A program made the position numbers and the translations under genes. From Marinoscillum sp. (GTDB lineage Bacteria; Bacteroidota; Bacteroidia; Cytophagales; MED-G16), in assembly GCA_042095375.1 (NCBI GenBank), contig JBELBJ010000002.1:1-60978 (forward strand): DNA of 60,978 nt, read 5' to 3'. Below the pieces are notes generated by a model. It ran no database searches and was not told the origin of the DNA. It worked only from the letters and a program-made list of their open reading frames with translations. Positions 60,413-60,978 of the stretch are shown one piece after another (position 1 is the first letter of the stretch; every line of letters starts with the position of its first letter).

Positions 60413-60978
60413 ATGAAAATCAGTATATTTTTTACCACAATTCTATTACTTTCTTATAATATTTTACTTGGTCAAATCAAAGAACCCCCCGAAAGATTTA
60501 GAGGAGAAGGACCCTTTGATCAACTAATAATTAGAGGGGCCACGTTAATAAATGGAAATGGAGCACCGCCATCAGGGCCTGTAGATGTGATAGTAGAAGA
60601 TAATAAAATAATAAGCATAAGAAACGTTGGATATCCAGGTTTAAAAATAAAAGAAGAAAGAAGGCCTAAAGCGAAAGAGGGAGCAAAAGAAATAGATGCT
60701 CATGGTATGTATCTTTTACCAGGATTCATTGATATGCATGGGCATATTGGAGAAACAACTAAAGGAAGAGCTGACTATGTATATAAACTTTGGATGGCAC
60801 ACGGGATAACAACAATAAGAGACCCTAGCTGTGGAAATGGATTAAAGTGGGTTTTAAAACAAAAAGAAGACAGTAAAAAAAATAAGATTACTGCACCAAG
60901 AATTCTAGCCTATACTGGATTTGGACAAGGATCAAAAAATGGAATTAATTCACCTGAAGAAGCGAGAGAATGGGTAAG
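60413..60978 (+). CDS. Exported amidohydrolase-family protein, 3' end outside the window (absent from the ORF track)
   Basis: ATG at 60413 gives MKISIFF...LLG|QIKE..GEGPF..LIIRGATLINGNG...IDAHGMYLLPGFIDMHGH...GITTIRDP; the frame is open to the window end. Confidence 0.88.
   Translation, partial: MKISIFFTTILLLSYNILLGQIKEPPERFRGEGPFDQLIIRGATLINGNGAPPSGPVDVIVEDNKIISIRNVGYPGLKIKEERRPKAKEGAKEIDAHGMYLLPGFIDMHGHIGETTKGRADYVYKLWMAHGITTIRDPSCGNGLKWVLKQKEDSKKNKITAPRILAYTGFGQGSKNGINSPEEAREWV

Overview
This window is very AT-rich, densely packed chromosomal DNA from a Bacteroidota bacterium. The phylum call rests on PorT, several T9SS C-terminal sorting domains, a Bacteroidota-type short sigma70 and TAnnTTTG promoter boxes. 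A streamlined, probably marine Cytophagales-like lineage is my inference. Most genes are housekeeping: accC, yihA, waaA, rsgA, prfB (with a +1 frameshift), ilvE, purB, purA, fur, rel/spoT, tRNA-Leu, tig, clpP, lpxB, queD, nnr, leuACDB and icd. I found no integrase, transposase, phage gene or CRISPR array. Three accessory blocks stand out. (1) 34767-39876 is the best candidate for an undescribed system: a separately promoted and terminated gene for a membrane-anchored protein with 17 tandem amphipathic 9-residue repeats (FQKFMKGAD), followed by a 1023-aa outer-membrane protein (HExxH metallopeptidase-like domain, beta-propeller, beta-barrel) and a PrsW intramembrane protease. (2) 8032-13651 holds a quaternary-amine-type Rieske oxygenase, two PYROXD2/phytoene-dehydrogenase-like flavoproteins and a stand-alone GcvT-like protein, probably for N-demethylation of an unknown methylated amine. 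(3) 17373-27918 holds three tandem ~1150-aa T9SS-secreted VPS10/BNR propeller paralogues with swapped C-terminal modules. All family assignments come from motif recognition by eye; no database search was run.
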